64,000 nt of DNA, from NCBI GenBank assembly GCA_000004695.1, contig CM000154.2:256001-320000 (forward strand), read 5' to 3'. The stretch is from Dictyostelium discoideum (lineage: Eukaryota). The notes beneath the pieces are model-generated. The model had not been told where the DNA came from. It worked only from the letters and a program-made list of their open reading frames with translations, and made no database searches. Position numbers and translations under genes: made by a program. How positions within the stretch are numbered: the first letter of the stretch is position 1; each line of letters starts with the position of its first letter. This document shows positions 12,911 through 23,784 of this stretch, in pieces.

Positions 12911-12920
12911 GATTCGAACC
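12911..12920 (-). promoter_or_regulatory. Extra B-box (exB, GGTTCGAATC) about 52 bp downstream of tRNA-Met
   Basis: The revcomp of gattcgaacc matches the pol III B-box consensus GGTTCGANTCC. External B boxes downstream of tRNA genes are a known Dictyostelium feature. Confidence 0.45.
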
Positions 12921-12971
12921 AATGACTCTGGATACGAAGTTCAGGAGTTTGAATTTCAGCAAAAAAAAAAT

Positions 12972-13043
12972 GTCAAGTCAGAGGATCGAACTCTGGACCT
13001 TAGGATTATGAGACCTACGCTCTACCAACTGAGCCAACCTGAC
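12972..13043 (-). tRNA. tRNA-Met (anticodon CAT), elongator type
   Basis: Minus-strand 72-nt cloverleaf: GTCAGGT T GGCTCAGTTGGTAGAGC G TAGGT CTCATAA TCCTA AGGTC CAGAG TTCGATC CTCTG ACTTGAC. The acceptor stem pairs 7/7 (one G-U), the anticodon loop is CTCATAA and the T-loop is TTCGATC. G1:C72 and the TTCG T-loop argue for elongator rather than initiator. Confidence 0.85.
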
Positions 13044-13071
13044 ATGTTGATGTTTTTGAAAAAAATTTGCA

Positions 13072-13156
13072 CGATAACATTTTACATCAGATCGAAAAAA
13101 ACAAACAACAACAACAATCTCTTTTTTTGATTATTTCATTTTTCATATAAAAAAGA

Positions 13157-13191
<35 letters not shown>

Positions 13192-14897
13192 GGAACCAAG
13201 TTAATTAGAAAATTTCCAGATTTTTAACTTTTTAAAGAAAAATAAAAAAGATAGAAAGAAAATAAAATGAAAATCACAAACAACACCACAAATATTAAGC
13301 AACACAAATGCCTACAAAAAATAAGCGAAATTGTGGATAAAACTCAATTAAAAAAAAAACAATTCAAATACGTCATAAACATCAATCACGAACCAGACGA
13401 TAAAATAAAAAAAGATTTAGAAAAAAGTTTGGACAAAAAAGATGTTTTAATCAAAAGTAATAATACATTCAAAATTCTCACAGACAGTATTAGTACAGTA
13501 ATCTATTTTGTAAATATGTTTGATGCAGAATTAAAAGGACAATTTATAACCACTATAAGACCAAAAAATATGTATACAGATTTTGATTGGTATAAATCAC
13601 TCACAGAAATAGAATGGGTAATAGAAAATGAAGGATGTAAACTAATTAAATCAGAAATTAAAGGCGAAACTCTAATTATCAAAACAGTGAAAAGAGTCGT
13701 AGAAGAATTTGACACTATCATTGAACTAGACAATCTAACATTAATTGGACACTCCAACAAAGGATGGAGAGATCAAACCTCATTACCAGAAAATCAAGAA
13801 GAAAACAAAAATAAAAAACAATCAGATGAACAACAACCACAATCTACATCAGAACAAATACCAAAACAAGGAAAAAGAACAATCATTATCCCACCAATCA
13901 CATCCTCATCTAATGATAAAACATTTATGGCCCTAGATGATACAGCTCAAAAGGTAATAGAAGCATCACTAGAAAACGTAGATGAACTAACAAGAATAGA
14001 GAATGAGATCAATACACAATCGATAAACAATCAAGAAATTAAAACAAAATCAGAAAAACCTATCGAACCACCATCTCCATACAATACACCAATAAAACAA
14101 CACGGCGAAACAAAGGGACTAACAACGGAAGAAAAACTTAGAGAGGCAAATGATATCTTCGACTTCACCAGCCCAAACACTGATGCAATAAGAAAAATAG
14201 AATTCCCACTTTCAATCCCTTCAAATCAATGGTTCTTCTCCTCTCCAATAAAACATATCATGAGTTTCAGCCCAACCTATGGTACACCATCGAAAATTAT
14301 CGATTCACCAAGTAAATTGTTAAACACACCAAAAAAGAAACAACAAGACAAAACAAACAAGACCAACAAAACACCAGTCAAACCAAAATTGGGTGAATAT
14401 GGACAAAAAAGCATAAAAACAAAAATGGATGAAGATATAGACAACTTCAACAAGGAAATTCTAAAACAAATCAATAAATCAAAAAACCCCACAAACACAC
14501 AAGACCAACAACACAACGAACAAAGTAAAGATCAGTTAGAAGACAAAATAAACCAGAAACTTCAAAAGGTAGATAAAAATCTACCCCAAATAAAACTATA
14601 AAGAAAAACACAATAAGAATAGGTGTTTGGAACGTCCAAGGATCCAACACCATCCAATCTGCCAGCATAATAAACACCGTTTTAGACAACAACAAGCTGG
14701 ACGCAGCACTTCTAACTGAAACAAATATAAAAACAAATAAAATTTACTCAATAAATCAACAATATAAAAACAAAATAACACACCACGCACCAATTGATAA
14801 AACAGGACAAGGGGTGTCACAAATCATCATCAACACCCGCAATAGAACTTCCTAAACATCTCAAAAAATACAATAATTCACTCAGTACTTTCTATAA

Positions 14898-14939
<42 letters not shown>

Positions 14940-15257
14940 CAAGTTAATCAGAAAAATAAAAAAGATAGAAAGAAAATAAAATGAAAATCACAAACAACAC
15001 CACAAATATTAAGCAACACAAATGCCTACAAAAAATAAGCGAAATTGTGGATAAAACTCAATTAAAAAAAAAACAATTCAAATACGTCATAAACATCAAT
15101 CACGAACCAGACGATAAAATAAAAAAAGATTTAGAAAAAAGTTTGGACAAAAAAGATGTTTTAATCAAAAAGACCCTGTAAAAAAAAAAAAAAAAATAAA
15201 ATGAGATCTAGCATCTCAAGGAGAAGCAAATAATAATTGCGTTATCCAATTCAAAAA
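13072..15257 (+). mobile_element. TRE5-A (DRE) non-LTR retrotransposon, internally deleted (TRE5-A.2-like): 5' region, ORF1, ORF2 start joined to ORF2 3' end, oligo(A), B-module, C-module, oligo(A)
   Basis: - Intact ORF1 at 13267..14601 (MKITNNTTNIKQHKCLQKISEIVDKTQLKKKQFKYV...).
- 14600..14760 encodes the start of the ORF2 endonuclease (IGVWNVQGSNTIQSASIINTV...).
- From about 14760 it jumps to the last ~130 nt of ORF2, identical to 23290..23390 (...IELPKHLKKYNNSLSTFYK*).
- An A-tract follows, then a repeat of the element's 5' region including the ORF1 start (14981..15181, the B-module).
- The C-module agaccctgtaaaa...gcgttatccaattc(A)n ends at 15257.
- The element sits head-to-head immediately upstream of tRNA-Met, the canonical TRE5 position. 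Confidence 0.75.
13267..14601 (+). CDS. TRE5-A ORF1 protein (444 aa)
   Basis: Continuous ORF. Its first 67 codons are repeated at 14981..15181 (3' B-module) and, degenerate, at about 23520..23700. Confidence 0.7.
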   Translation: MKITNNTTNIKQHKCLQKISEIVDKTQLKKKQFKYVININHEPDDKIKKDLEKSLDKKDVLIKSNNTFKILTDSISTVIYFVNMFDAELKGQFITTIRPKNMYTDFDWYKSLTEIEWVIENEGCKLIKSEIKGETLIIKTVKRVVEEFDTIIELDNLTLIGHSNKGWRDQTSLPENQEENKNKKQSDEQQPQSTSEQIPKQGKRTIIIPPITSSSNDKTFMALDDTAQKVIEASLENVDELTRIENEINTQSINNQEIKTKSEKPIEPPSPYNTPIKQHGETKGLTTEEKLREANDIFDFTSPNTDAIRKIEFPLSIPSNQWFFSSPIKHIMSFSPTYGTPSKIIDSPSKLLNTPKKKQQDKTNKTNKTPVKPKLGEYGQKSIKTKMDEDIDNFNKEILKQINKSKNPTNTQDQQHNEQSKDQLEDKINQKLQKVDKNLPQIKL

Positions 15258-15352
15258 AAAAAAAAAACATTTTACATTAATAGGGATTTTTAAATGTGTT
15301 TACAATTTGTAATTATAATAGAACATTTTCGTTATAACCCAGATTTTTTCAA

Positions 15353-15404
15353 AGTTGGACCTAATGATCTTGAGGCTACGCTCTAACAACTGAGCCAATC
15401 TGAC
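15353..15404 (-). pseudogene. Truncated, mutated tRNA-Met 5' half with the same 28-bp upstream flank as the intact tRNA-Met
   Basis: Minus strand gtcagattggctcagttgttagagcgtagcctcaagatcattaggtcca matches tRNA-Met positions 1 to about 48 with about 8 substitutions (anticodon loop destroyed) and no T-arm. The 5' flank atgttgatgtttttgaaagaaaatttgca (15405..15432) repeats 13044..13071. Confidence 0.55.
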
Positions 15405-15706
15405 ATGTTGATGTTTTTGAAAGAAAATTTGCAAAAAACCAGAGTCAAATAATCTTTTTTTTGGAAATGGATATTTATTTTTTATTATTATAAAAAATTT
15501 TCAAAAATTGACAGCTTTTTTTTATAAAAAGTCAAAATAAGGAAAAATAGTCATTTGTTTTTTTTTTTATTGAATTAAAAAAAGTTGATAATTTTAAATA
15601 AATGTTTAAAATATGTTTAAAATCATTTATGTGATATTATTAGAAAGGATTTTTAAAAATAAAAATGAAAAATTAAATTAATAGTTATTCGGTCAAATAA
15701 TCTTTT

Positions 15707-18055
15707 TTATTGTGTGGTTGAAATTTTTTTAAATAATTTTTTATCAACTATTGGAAAAATGTGGTAGGGGTAAATATCGTTTTCATAAATTTCAGTCCTT
15801 TTTAAATTATTATCTGAAAAAATTCTAATCATTTCTAAATAATTTGGGTGTTTTAAAAGGGTTTTTTCATTGTTTTCAAAAAATTGGTAATTTGTACTAT
15901 GAGTAAATATTAATAACTCTTTTTCTTTTTGTTCTTGTTGTTCTCCCTTTTCTTTTTCGTTTTCATTTTCATTTTCATTTTCATTTTGATTTTTATTTTC
16001 ATTTTCATTTTCATTTTCATTTTCATTTTCATTTTCATTTTCATTTTCATTTTCATTTTTATTTTTATTTTCATTTTCATTTTCATTTTCATTTTTATTT
16101 TTATTTTTATTTTTATTTTTATTTTTATTTTTATTTTCTTGTAATAATGGAGGATAATTCTTTTCAAAAGTTGGTAAACCACGAATAATTAAAAATTTAA
16201 TTGAATCTGGTAATGATTGAGAATATATTTTTTGAGTATATTTTCCACCCAACTCTAAAAGAGTTAAAGATTGTGGAAAGTAATCTTTTTTTAATATCTT
16301 ATTAAAAGAAACACCAAAATATAATGATTTTAAATTATTTGGTAAAATTATAATTGGTTTTCTATATAAAATACTTGATTTTCGAGGATATAAAGCTTGA
16401 ATATATTCTTTTTGTCTTTCAATTAATAAAGAACTATCGATTGAATTTGTTAAAGATGTTGAAAAATCACCACTAATATTATCAATTAATAAAATTTCAA
16501 CAGTTGATGGTAATAATAAATCATTTGAAAGCATTCCATTAAATTCAACTTTTTTTAATTTTTTACAACAATCATCATCAGTTATAATCAAAGGTTTTGA
16601 AAAATTTTTACCAAATGATAAATTTGTTAAATTTGGTGGTAATTGGTCTTGGTAAACTATATCATTGAAATGTTCAACAAATTTTAATTTTTCAACTGAT
16701 GATGGTAAATATTGTAATTGTTGAGTACTAAAACTATGAAATGATTTTAAACCAAATGAAATTGAACCTTCTTTAATAATAAATTTTGGTGAAAGTCTTA
16801 ATGTTTTTAAACTACTTGGTAGCACACCTGGTTCAATGATTTGTGTTGATTCTCTATTATAATTTGAATCCAAATGACCAACTACAAAATAAAGTTTAAC
16901 TAAATTTTTTGAAAATACACCAACTGATAATTTTTGGTTCCAAAGAAAATCAAATTTTAAAATTTTAACACTATCTGGAATCAATGGTTCACCAGTGTTG
17001 TCATCTAAAAGTTTTTGATTAAAAATATTTTTAAAAACTAATTTATTTAAAGATGATGGAATTGAACCAACTTTTAAAGGTAAATTAAAAGCTGGGTTCA
17101 TTCTTAGTAAAGTTAATGAATTTGGTAATACATTTGGTTCAATTGATTGTTTAAATGTATGCCATTCACATGACTTTGTAAATTTTAAAGATTTCAATGA
17201 AGATGGTAATTGTTTTAATCCAATTGGTTTTGAAAAACATTCAGGTAATGTTAATTCTGTAATACTCGATGGTAAATCGCCAACTTTAAATTCTTGATCG
17301 AAATACCCATCATCATGAAATGATAATTTCGTTAGAGATTTTGGTAAACAGCCATTGCCATCGGTATTGCTTAATGGCGAATTAAATTGTTTATTAATTA
17401 ATAATACCTCCAATGAGATTGTATTTGATAATAGAAATAAATCACCAGTTGGTTCTGAAATATTAACTCTACCACCACTACCTAAATAAAGTCTTTTCAA
17501 AGTTGATGGTAAACTACCAACTTTTAACTCTGAACATCCATTATGATGTAGTTCCTCCAATCCCATTGGTAATAAACCAATTGTAATCTCATTTAAATTT
17601 TTTTTACCCCAATCTAAAATTTTCAAACCATTTGGTAATTTATTGATTTTAAATTGAAATAAATTATCAAATTTTAAACTTGTTATTGAATTTGGTATTT
17701 TAATTAAACCATTTGTAAACATTGATTGTAACTCTAATTGATTATCGATATAAAATCTCTCACTATCATTTCTAATTAATAATTCATTAATATTATTTGG
17801 TAAATAATTAATTTGGTTAAATAATTTCATCATTTTTTCATAATCTTTTTCTTTTTTTTTAAATAAAATTTCAATTGATTTTTGATTTTTAAATCCATTA
17901 TTACTTTTATTTAATAATTTAATATTATTATTACATGTTATAGTTTTTGTAAAATAATGTATTTTAATTATTTGAATAAATTTAATAATTTTTTTTTTTA
18001 AAAAAATATTTCTCCAAATTAAAAAAAACAATTTACTATTATCATTTTCATTCAT
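15707..18055 (-). CDS. FNIP-repeat-containing protein (782 aa)
   Basis: Single long ORF with about 15 repeats of the LPxSLxxLxFGxxFNQ(P)L type, e.g. LPSSLKSLKFTKSCEWHTFKQSIEPNVLPNSLTLL and FGKNFSKPLIITDDD. This is the FNIP repeat family, which is greatly expanded in Dictyostelium. A C-terminal (NK)n(NE)n dipeptide microsatellite is encoded at 15960..16140. Confidence 0.75.
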   Translation of the reverse strand: MNENDNSKLFFLIWRNIFLKKKIIKFIQIIKIHYFTKTITCNNNIKLLNKSNNGFKNQKSIEILFKKKEKDYEKMMKLFNQINYLPNNINELLIRNDSERFYIDNQLELQSMFTNGLIKIPNSITSLKFDNLFQFKINKLPNGLKILDWGKKNLNEITIGLLPMGLEELHHNGCSELKVGSLPSTLKRLYLGSGGRVNISEPTGDLFLLSNTISLEVLLINKQFNSPLSNTDGNGCLPKSLTKLSFHDDGYFDQEFKVGDLPSSITELTLPECFSKPIGLKQLPSSLKSLKFTKSCEWHTFKQSIEPNVLPNSLTLLRMNPAFNLPLKVGSIPSSLNKLVFKNIFNQKLLDDNTGEPLIPDSVKILKFDFLWNQKLSVGVFSKNLVKLYFVVGHLDSNYNRESTQIIEPGVLPSSLKTLRLSPKFIIKEGSISFGLKSFHSFSTQQLQYLPSSVEKLKFVEHFNDIVYQDQLPPNLTNLSFGKNFSKPLIITDDDCCKKLKKVEFNGMLSNDLLLPSTVEILLIDNISGDFSTSLTNSIDSSLLIERQKEYIQALYPRKSSILYRKPIIILPNNLKSLYFGVSFNKILKKDYFPQSLTLLELGGKYTQKIYSQSLPDSIKFLIIRGLPTFEKNYPPLLQENKNKNKNKNKNKNKNENENENENKNKNENENENENENENENENENENKNQNENENENENEKEKGEQQEQKEKELLIFTHSTNYQFFENNEKTLLKHPNYLEMIRIFSDNNLKRTEIYENDIYPYHIFPIVDKKLFKKISTTQ

Positions 18056-18138
18056 TATTTCTATTTTTTAATTTTATTTTTATTTTAGTAGTGGGTGGTA
18101 TGTGGGTTAAAAAATAAATAATTAAAAATAATTTTTCG

Positions 18139-18173
<35 letters not shown>

Positions 18174-18269
18174 TATTTTACTTTCACAAAAAAAAAACAA
18201 AAAAATTTCACACATTTTTTCTTTTATTTTATTTTTCAACTTATTACCAAACAAATTAAAAAAAAAAAA

Positions 18270-18270
18270 A

Positions 18271-18352
<82 letters not shown>

Positions 18353-18935
18353 AGAAATTAAATTTAATTTAAATATAAATGAAGAAAAAGATGATGAGAT
18401 TAAAGATTTATATAAAGTTATTGAATCATTAAAAAAAGAATTATTTGAAAAATATAAAGAAAATTTATTATTAAAAGAGAATTTAGACCAGGAAATAGAA
18501 TTTAATAAAGTATTAAAATTTGGAATGTTTGAAAAAAATAAAGAATTTGAAATATTAGCTACTCAATTAGGAATTTTAAAATCTAAATATGGAAATAAAA
18601 AATGTGATATTGAAGTTATAATCATTAGTAGTGATGATGAAGATGATGATAATAAAAATAAAAACCAATTAAAAGATATAACCACTACCACTACCTCCTC
18701 CACCACCACCACCACTACTACTACCTCTACCACCACTACTAATAATAGCTCTTCTGAAAATAATTTCGATGATCAAAATAAAGAAGAAGTTGTTTTTTGT
18801 AAACCTTATAACCAAAGTGATAATGATGAAGATTCTAAAAATAATTCAAAAGATTTAGGTTATAATGAAAATAATATTGGTGGTGATGCAACAGTAGGAG
18901 AATATAACTCTTATGTTGTTAAAAAAGAAATGTAA
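18270..18935 (+). CDS. Low-complexity acidic protein with polyN, a candidate SUMO-interacting motif (VIIISSDDEDDD) and a Thr/Ser run
   Basis: 221-aa ORF beginning with a 26-residue (AAT)n-encoded polyN. The middle is coiled-coil-like and KE-rich (LYKVIESLKKELFEKYKENLLLKENLDQE). The coding status of this Dictyostelium-style low-complexity sequence is moderately supported only. Confidence 0.4.
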
Positions 18936-19302
18936 AAATAAAAGGGTTCTAAGGTTGTGTGATCAAAAATTTTAATAAAAACAATTGTTTTTTTTTTTTT
19001 TTATTTTTATTTTATTTTTATTTTTTTTTATGGTTTGCAAACTCCCAAATATTCGAATTTTTGATATTTTTTATTTTTTTTTATTTTTTTTTTATTTTTT
19101 ATTTTTTTTTGACCATACACATCAAACACCCCTACTGTTTTTTTTTTTTTTTTTTAATTTTTTAATTTTTACTTTTTTCTCTTTCTACCTTTCTCTTTTT
19201 AATTTTTTAATTTATTTATTAGTATTATAAATATATTTATATTTATATTGTATTTTTTTTTTTTTTTTAAAAATTTAATTTTTTTTTTTTTTTTAATTTA
19301 AA

Positions 19303-22300
19303 ATGGGTAATAATAATGAAGATGGTTTAAATAATAACAATAACAATAACAATAATATTGAAAATAGAAAAGTTAAATTAAATAATACAGGTGATGAAAT
19401 CCCATTTTCGATGGGTAATGCATCATCATCACCATCTGCACCTCCACCATACCAACCTTCAATACAACCACTATATCAACCACCAACACAAAATCAATTC
19501 TTACCACAATATCAACAACAACAACAACAACAGCAACAACATTACCAACCACAATATCAACCAATAAACAATATGAGTTATCAACCAATACAACAACAAC
19601 AGCAACAACAAAGTAATTTCCCACCAACACAATATCAACCAAATAATATGAATTATATGGCATCACCACAACCATTATTACAACCTCAAATTATGACTAT
19701 ACAACCAACAACATTTTCAAATTCTCAAACTACAACTACAACAACTTTATCAAATCAACCACTTCAAACTTTATATATTCCAATTGATTCAGAATTTTAT
19801 CCATCTTATACACCACAATTGTAAGTTTTTTATTATTTTTTTTTTAATTTTTTTTTTTTTAATTCTTTTTTTTTTATTTTTTTTTATTCCAAAATTATTT
19901 ATTAATTAATTAATTTTAAAATAGTTTATATAAAAAAGATGATGAAAGAACTTATGGTATTGGTACATCATTAAAAGATTCATCATTTAATGAAATGATA
20001 AATAATAAAATTACAAATATATTTATAAAAACAAGAATGATACCACAAGTTAATGATGATTTATTGAATACAATTGTTAATTGTAAAAATTTAGAACATT
20101 TAAATTTATCAGGATGTGTTCAATTTAGTTCAACATTATTCTCTAAACAAATTTCAAGATTGAATCAATTGAAATCATTGAATTTAAATGGTTGTCAACA
20201 AATTACCAATGATAATCTTTGCAAGATATCAAATTCGTGTAAACATTTAGAAGAGATTCATTTGAATGGTTGTAATAGAGTCGATGATCAGGGTATAGTA
20301 GATTTGGTTAGTAAATGTAAAAAGATTAAAATCCTATCAATGAGTGGTTTAAATCTTTTAACCGATAGATCAATGACAATGATTTGTCAAAAATTACAAG
20401 ATCTTCAATCACTTTGTATCAACCATATTCAATGGTTCACTGAGAAGTCTCTAATGTTGATTGGTAAAAAGTTTAAGAATTCCCTACGTTGTTTCTACGC
20501 TTATAATACATTGATCACTGATAGCGTACTCTCGGATATAGCAATCAATTGTTCATCACAATTATCGGTGATTAATGTCTCCAAATGTAAAAATATTACA
20601 AACACTTCAATAGCCACCATTGCGATCAATTGTGGTAAAATGCTAACTAAATTGTTTTTACAAAATATTGAATGTCTTTCAATTCATAGTATTTCATTGT
20701 TGGGTAAATACTGCACACAACTTACAACACTACGTTTGGATGGTTGCTTAAATCTAATGGATGATTCAATTCAATCATTACAACCATTGGAAAGGCTAAA
20801 GATTTTAAACCTTTCAAATCTACCAAAGATTAATGAAATCTCATTGATAAGAATTTTACCATCATTAAAAGACTTGGAGGAATTATATCTCTATGAGAAT
20901 CCACGTTTCTCTGATTTAACCATTAAACAATTATCAATTAGCAATCCAAGAATCACTTCATTACGTGTTGATAAAACAGTGTTCGTATCAGATGCTTCAA
21001 TTATACCATTTACCAATAGTGTCAGCTATTTAAGAGTTTTGAATCTATCTGGTTTACAATCGATTCATGACTCTAGTATTATGGCATTGGCTACCTCTCA
21101 AAAATTCATTCAAAAACTTTATCTATCAGGTTGTAAATCCATTGGCAATGATTCATTGTTTGCAATTACTGGTCATATGTCATCCTCTTTGGAAGTATTG
21201 AAAATTGATGATTCTCATCAATTCACAGAGGAGGCTCTATCATCAATTAGTCTATTAAAAGGTTTAAAAATTTTATCAATTTCTCATTGTGTCCATACAA
21301 CTAATAATACCATTGATTTGATTGGCTATAATTGTAGAGAGTTGGAACAATTGTACATGTGTAAATTACCAATGGTCAATGATGCAGTACTACCAGCATT
21401 ATTATCAAATCTTTGTAAATTAAAAATCCTTAGAATCGATGGTTGTGTAAATATGACCGATCGTTCATTGACTGGCATTCGTTTCCTCAATCGTTTATGT
21501 TTGGAAGTTTTCAATTGTTCCGATAGTAGAATTGGTTGTGGTGGTTTGTTAACAATTCTTCAACAATCTTCAATTCGTGAACTTTATGCATGGAATTGTG
21601 ATTATATTACTGATGATATCTTAAAAACCATTGCAAACGATGCTTCATCCATTCAAATCCTACGTTTGGATGGTTGTAAAAATATTAGTGACAAAGGTGT
21701 ACGTACATTAATTCAAAGATGTCCACTTTTACGTATTCTAAACATTTCCAATACAAAGAGTTCCGATGAAACCTTGCAAACCGTCGCTGGCTATTGCAAA
21801 CGTTTAAAGAAACTCTATGCAAATAATTGTACTAAAATCACCTCGTCCGGTATTTCAGCGATCGCCTATCAATGTAATGAATTGACCATTTTGAATGCTT
21901 CACGTTGTGCAAATATTACCGATAATGCAATCATTGATATCTCTTTGAAATGTAAACTTTTGAAACGTTTAATACTAAACTATTGTCCAAAGATTACCAG
22001 TCAAGCAATCATCAGAGTATCAGTCGGTTGTCAAATGTTAAAAGAGATCTCTTTGAAAGGTTGTACCAATTTGGATGAAATGGGTGTTCTCTCACTTTCT
22101 ACCTATTGCAAACGTTTACAATATATCGATTTCACTGATTGTCACTTGGTAACCGATCTATCGATACTTGGTATTGGTAGAGAATGTTTACTTTTGAAAT
22201 CAGTCATTCTCACTGGTACCGCTGCTCAAGATAATGGTGTCATTGAAATTTGTGTACGTTCAAATGTAAATATTTTAACTTTAGATCTGGAAAGAACTAG

Positions 22301-22445
22301 AATTTCTGATCGTGCTGTTCAAATCATTGCTCAAATGTGTCCTGCTATTAAAAATTTAAATCTTTTAAATACCCAAATTACTCCTCAATCAATTGATTCT
22401 GTAAAACATACTTGTTTCCTTTTAACAAATTTACAATCTAAATAA
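19303..22445 (+). CDS. Protein with an N-terminal Q/P/Y-rich low-complexity domain and a C-terminal array of cysteine-containing leucine-rich repeats (FBXL/AMN1-type LRR_cc). 2 exons: 19303..19820, 19925..22445
   Basis: ORF 19303..19824 ends in caattgTAA, but the TAA overlaps a GTAAGT donor at 19821. The acceptor aaaatag at 19922-19924 puts exon 2 at 19925. Exon 1 ends in phase 2 (tt) and the join tt+t gives F, then runs in frame into ORF 19995..22445 (LYKKDDERTYGIG...MINNKITN...). The LRR consensus LxxLxLxGCxxITDxxL recurs about 20 times. No F-box was seen upstream of the LRRs. Confidence 0.6.
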
Positions 22446-22468
22446 AATTAAATTATTATTTTTTGAAT

Positions 22469-22512
<44 letters not shown>

Positions 22513-22565
22513 AATATTTTGAGGTAATATCTTTCGCAACAAAAAATAAACATATTACCTGTCCT

Positions 22566-22576
22566 GGGATTCGAAC
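22566..22576 (-). promoter_or_regulatory. Extra B-box (exB) about 35 bp downstream of tRNA-Ile
   Basis: The revcomp of gggattcgaac is GTTCGAATCCC. It is followed by an acceptor-stem-like CAGGACAGGTA, which may be a tRNA 3'-remnant. Confidence 0.5.
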
Positions 22577-22610
22577 ATGCGATCATTAATATTTTTCTTT
22601 TAAAAAGACT

Positions 22611-22683
22611 TGCTCGATGCAGGGATCGAACCTGCGACCGTGGCGTTATTAGCACCACGCTCTGCCGACTGAGCTAATCGAGC
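22611..22683 (-). tRNA. tRNA-Ile (anticodon AAT)
   Basis: Minus strand GCTCGAT TA GCTCAGTCGGCAGAGC G TGGTG CTAATAA CGCCA CGGTC GCAGG TTCGATC CCTGC ATCGAGC A. The 7-bp acceptor stem is perfect and the anticodon loop is CTAATAA. I recognise it as nearly identical to metazoan tRNA-Ile-AAT. Confidence 0.9.
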
Positions 22684-22731
22684 CTTTTATATTTTTTGAT
22701 TAAAATTGGAAGATCAAGTTTTAAAAAAATA

Positions 22732-23389
22732 TACAAATTCATACCAACTCCTGGCCAAAAAGAAATAATGACCAAAATTAATAGCAAACACCTTCCATTT
22801 AAAGAAATCAAAAAAATAATAAACATGAAAGGTAGAGATCTATTATGGAGATACACACTGAAAGCACTACCAAAAATATACAACATGCCATGCCAACAGT
22901 GTGGGGAAGATGAGACTTCAGAACATATATTCTTCAACTGCAAAGCCCACATCAAAAACACACAAGAAATCTTCAACTACACCCTAACTAAGTGTGGACA
23001 CACCACTCACACCTGGAATGTGAAGATTTTAAACCATCTACAAATTGCACTAGTAGCCAATTTAATAGCTATTATATTCGAAAAAATCTGGCACAAAAGA
23101 AATAAACTCATTCACGATGAAAAAGAAATAATAATTCACAGACAACAAGTAATACGTGAACTAATTAAAACACAAATAGCTGCATGGGACAGGACACAAG
23201 CGGTTATAAACAAAACATTAAGAATCAAATCAAAGCAACGGCCAGAAGAACAAAATAAATTAGACTCACTAATCTCGCTAAAGCTATTACAATTTAGCAG
23301 ACAATGGAACTCACCTCTTCACGCAATAGAACTTCCTAAACATCTCAAAAAATACAATAATTCACTCAGTACTTTCTATAAATAAATAA

Positions 23390-23435
<46 letters not shown>

Positions 23436-23729
23436 GGAACCCAAGTTAATCAAAAAATTTCCAGATTTTTAACTTTTTAAAGAAAATTAAAAAAATTAGA
23501 AGGAAATTAAATTGAAATTCACAACCACCCCCACAAATATTAAGCACCACAAATGCCTACAAAAAATAAGCGAAATTGGGGATAAAACTCAATTAAAAAA
23601 AAAACAATTCAAATACGTCATAAACATCAATTCCGGACCCAGACGATAAAAAAAAAAAAAATTTTAAAAAAAGTTGGGACAAAAAAAATGTTTTTATCAA
23701 AAGGAAAAAACCCATTTAAAATTTGGCCC

Positions 23730-23784
<55 letters not shown>

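Noticed and set aside
12067-12925. ORFs 12067..12294 (-), 12484..12687 (+), 12522..12713 (-), 12668..12925 (+), 12747..12962 (-) with poly-V/L/N/Y translations
   Set aside because: They are translations of CAA and TTA/AAT microsatellites in the polyQ-coding region and 3' flank of the STAND gene.
15910-16182. ORFs 15910..16182 (-, KM/KI repeats) and 15929..16144 (+, IF repeats)
   Set aside because: Off-frame and antisense readings of the (NK)(NE)-encoding hexanucleotide repeat within the FNIP gene.
22696-22760. N-terminal about 20 codons of ORF 22696..23385 (MIKIGRSSFKKIYKF...)
   Set aside because: Probably tRNA-Ile upstream flank read in frame by chance; the retroelement-derived sequence begins about 48 bp upstream of the tRNA.
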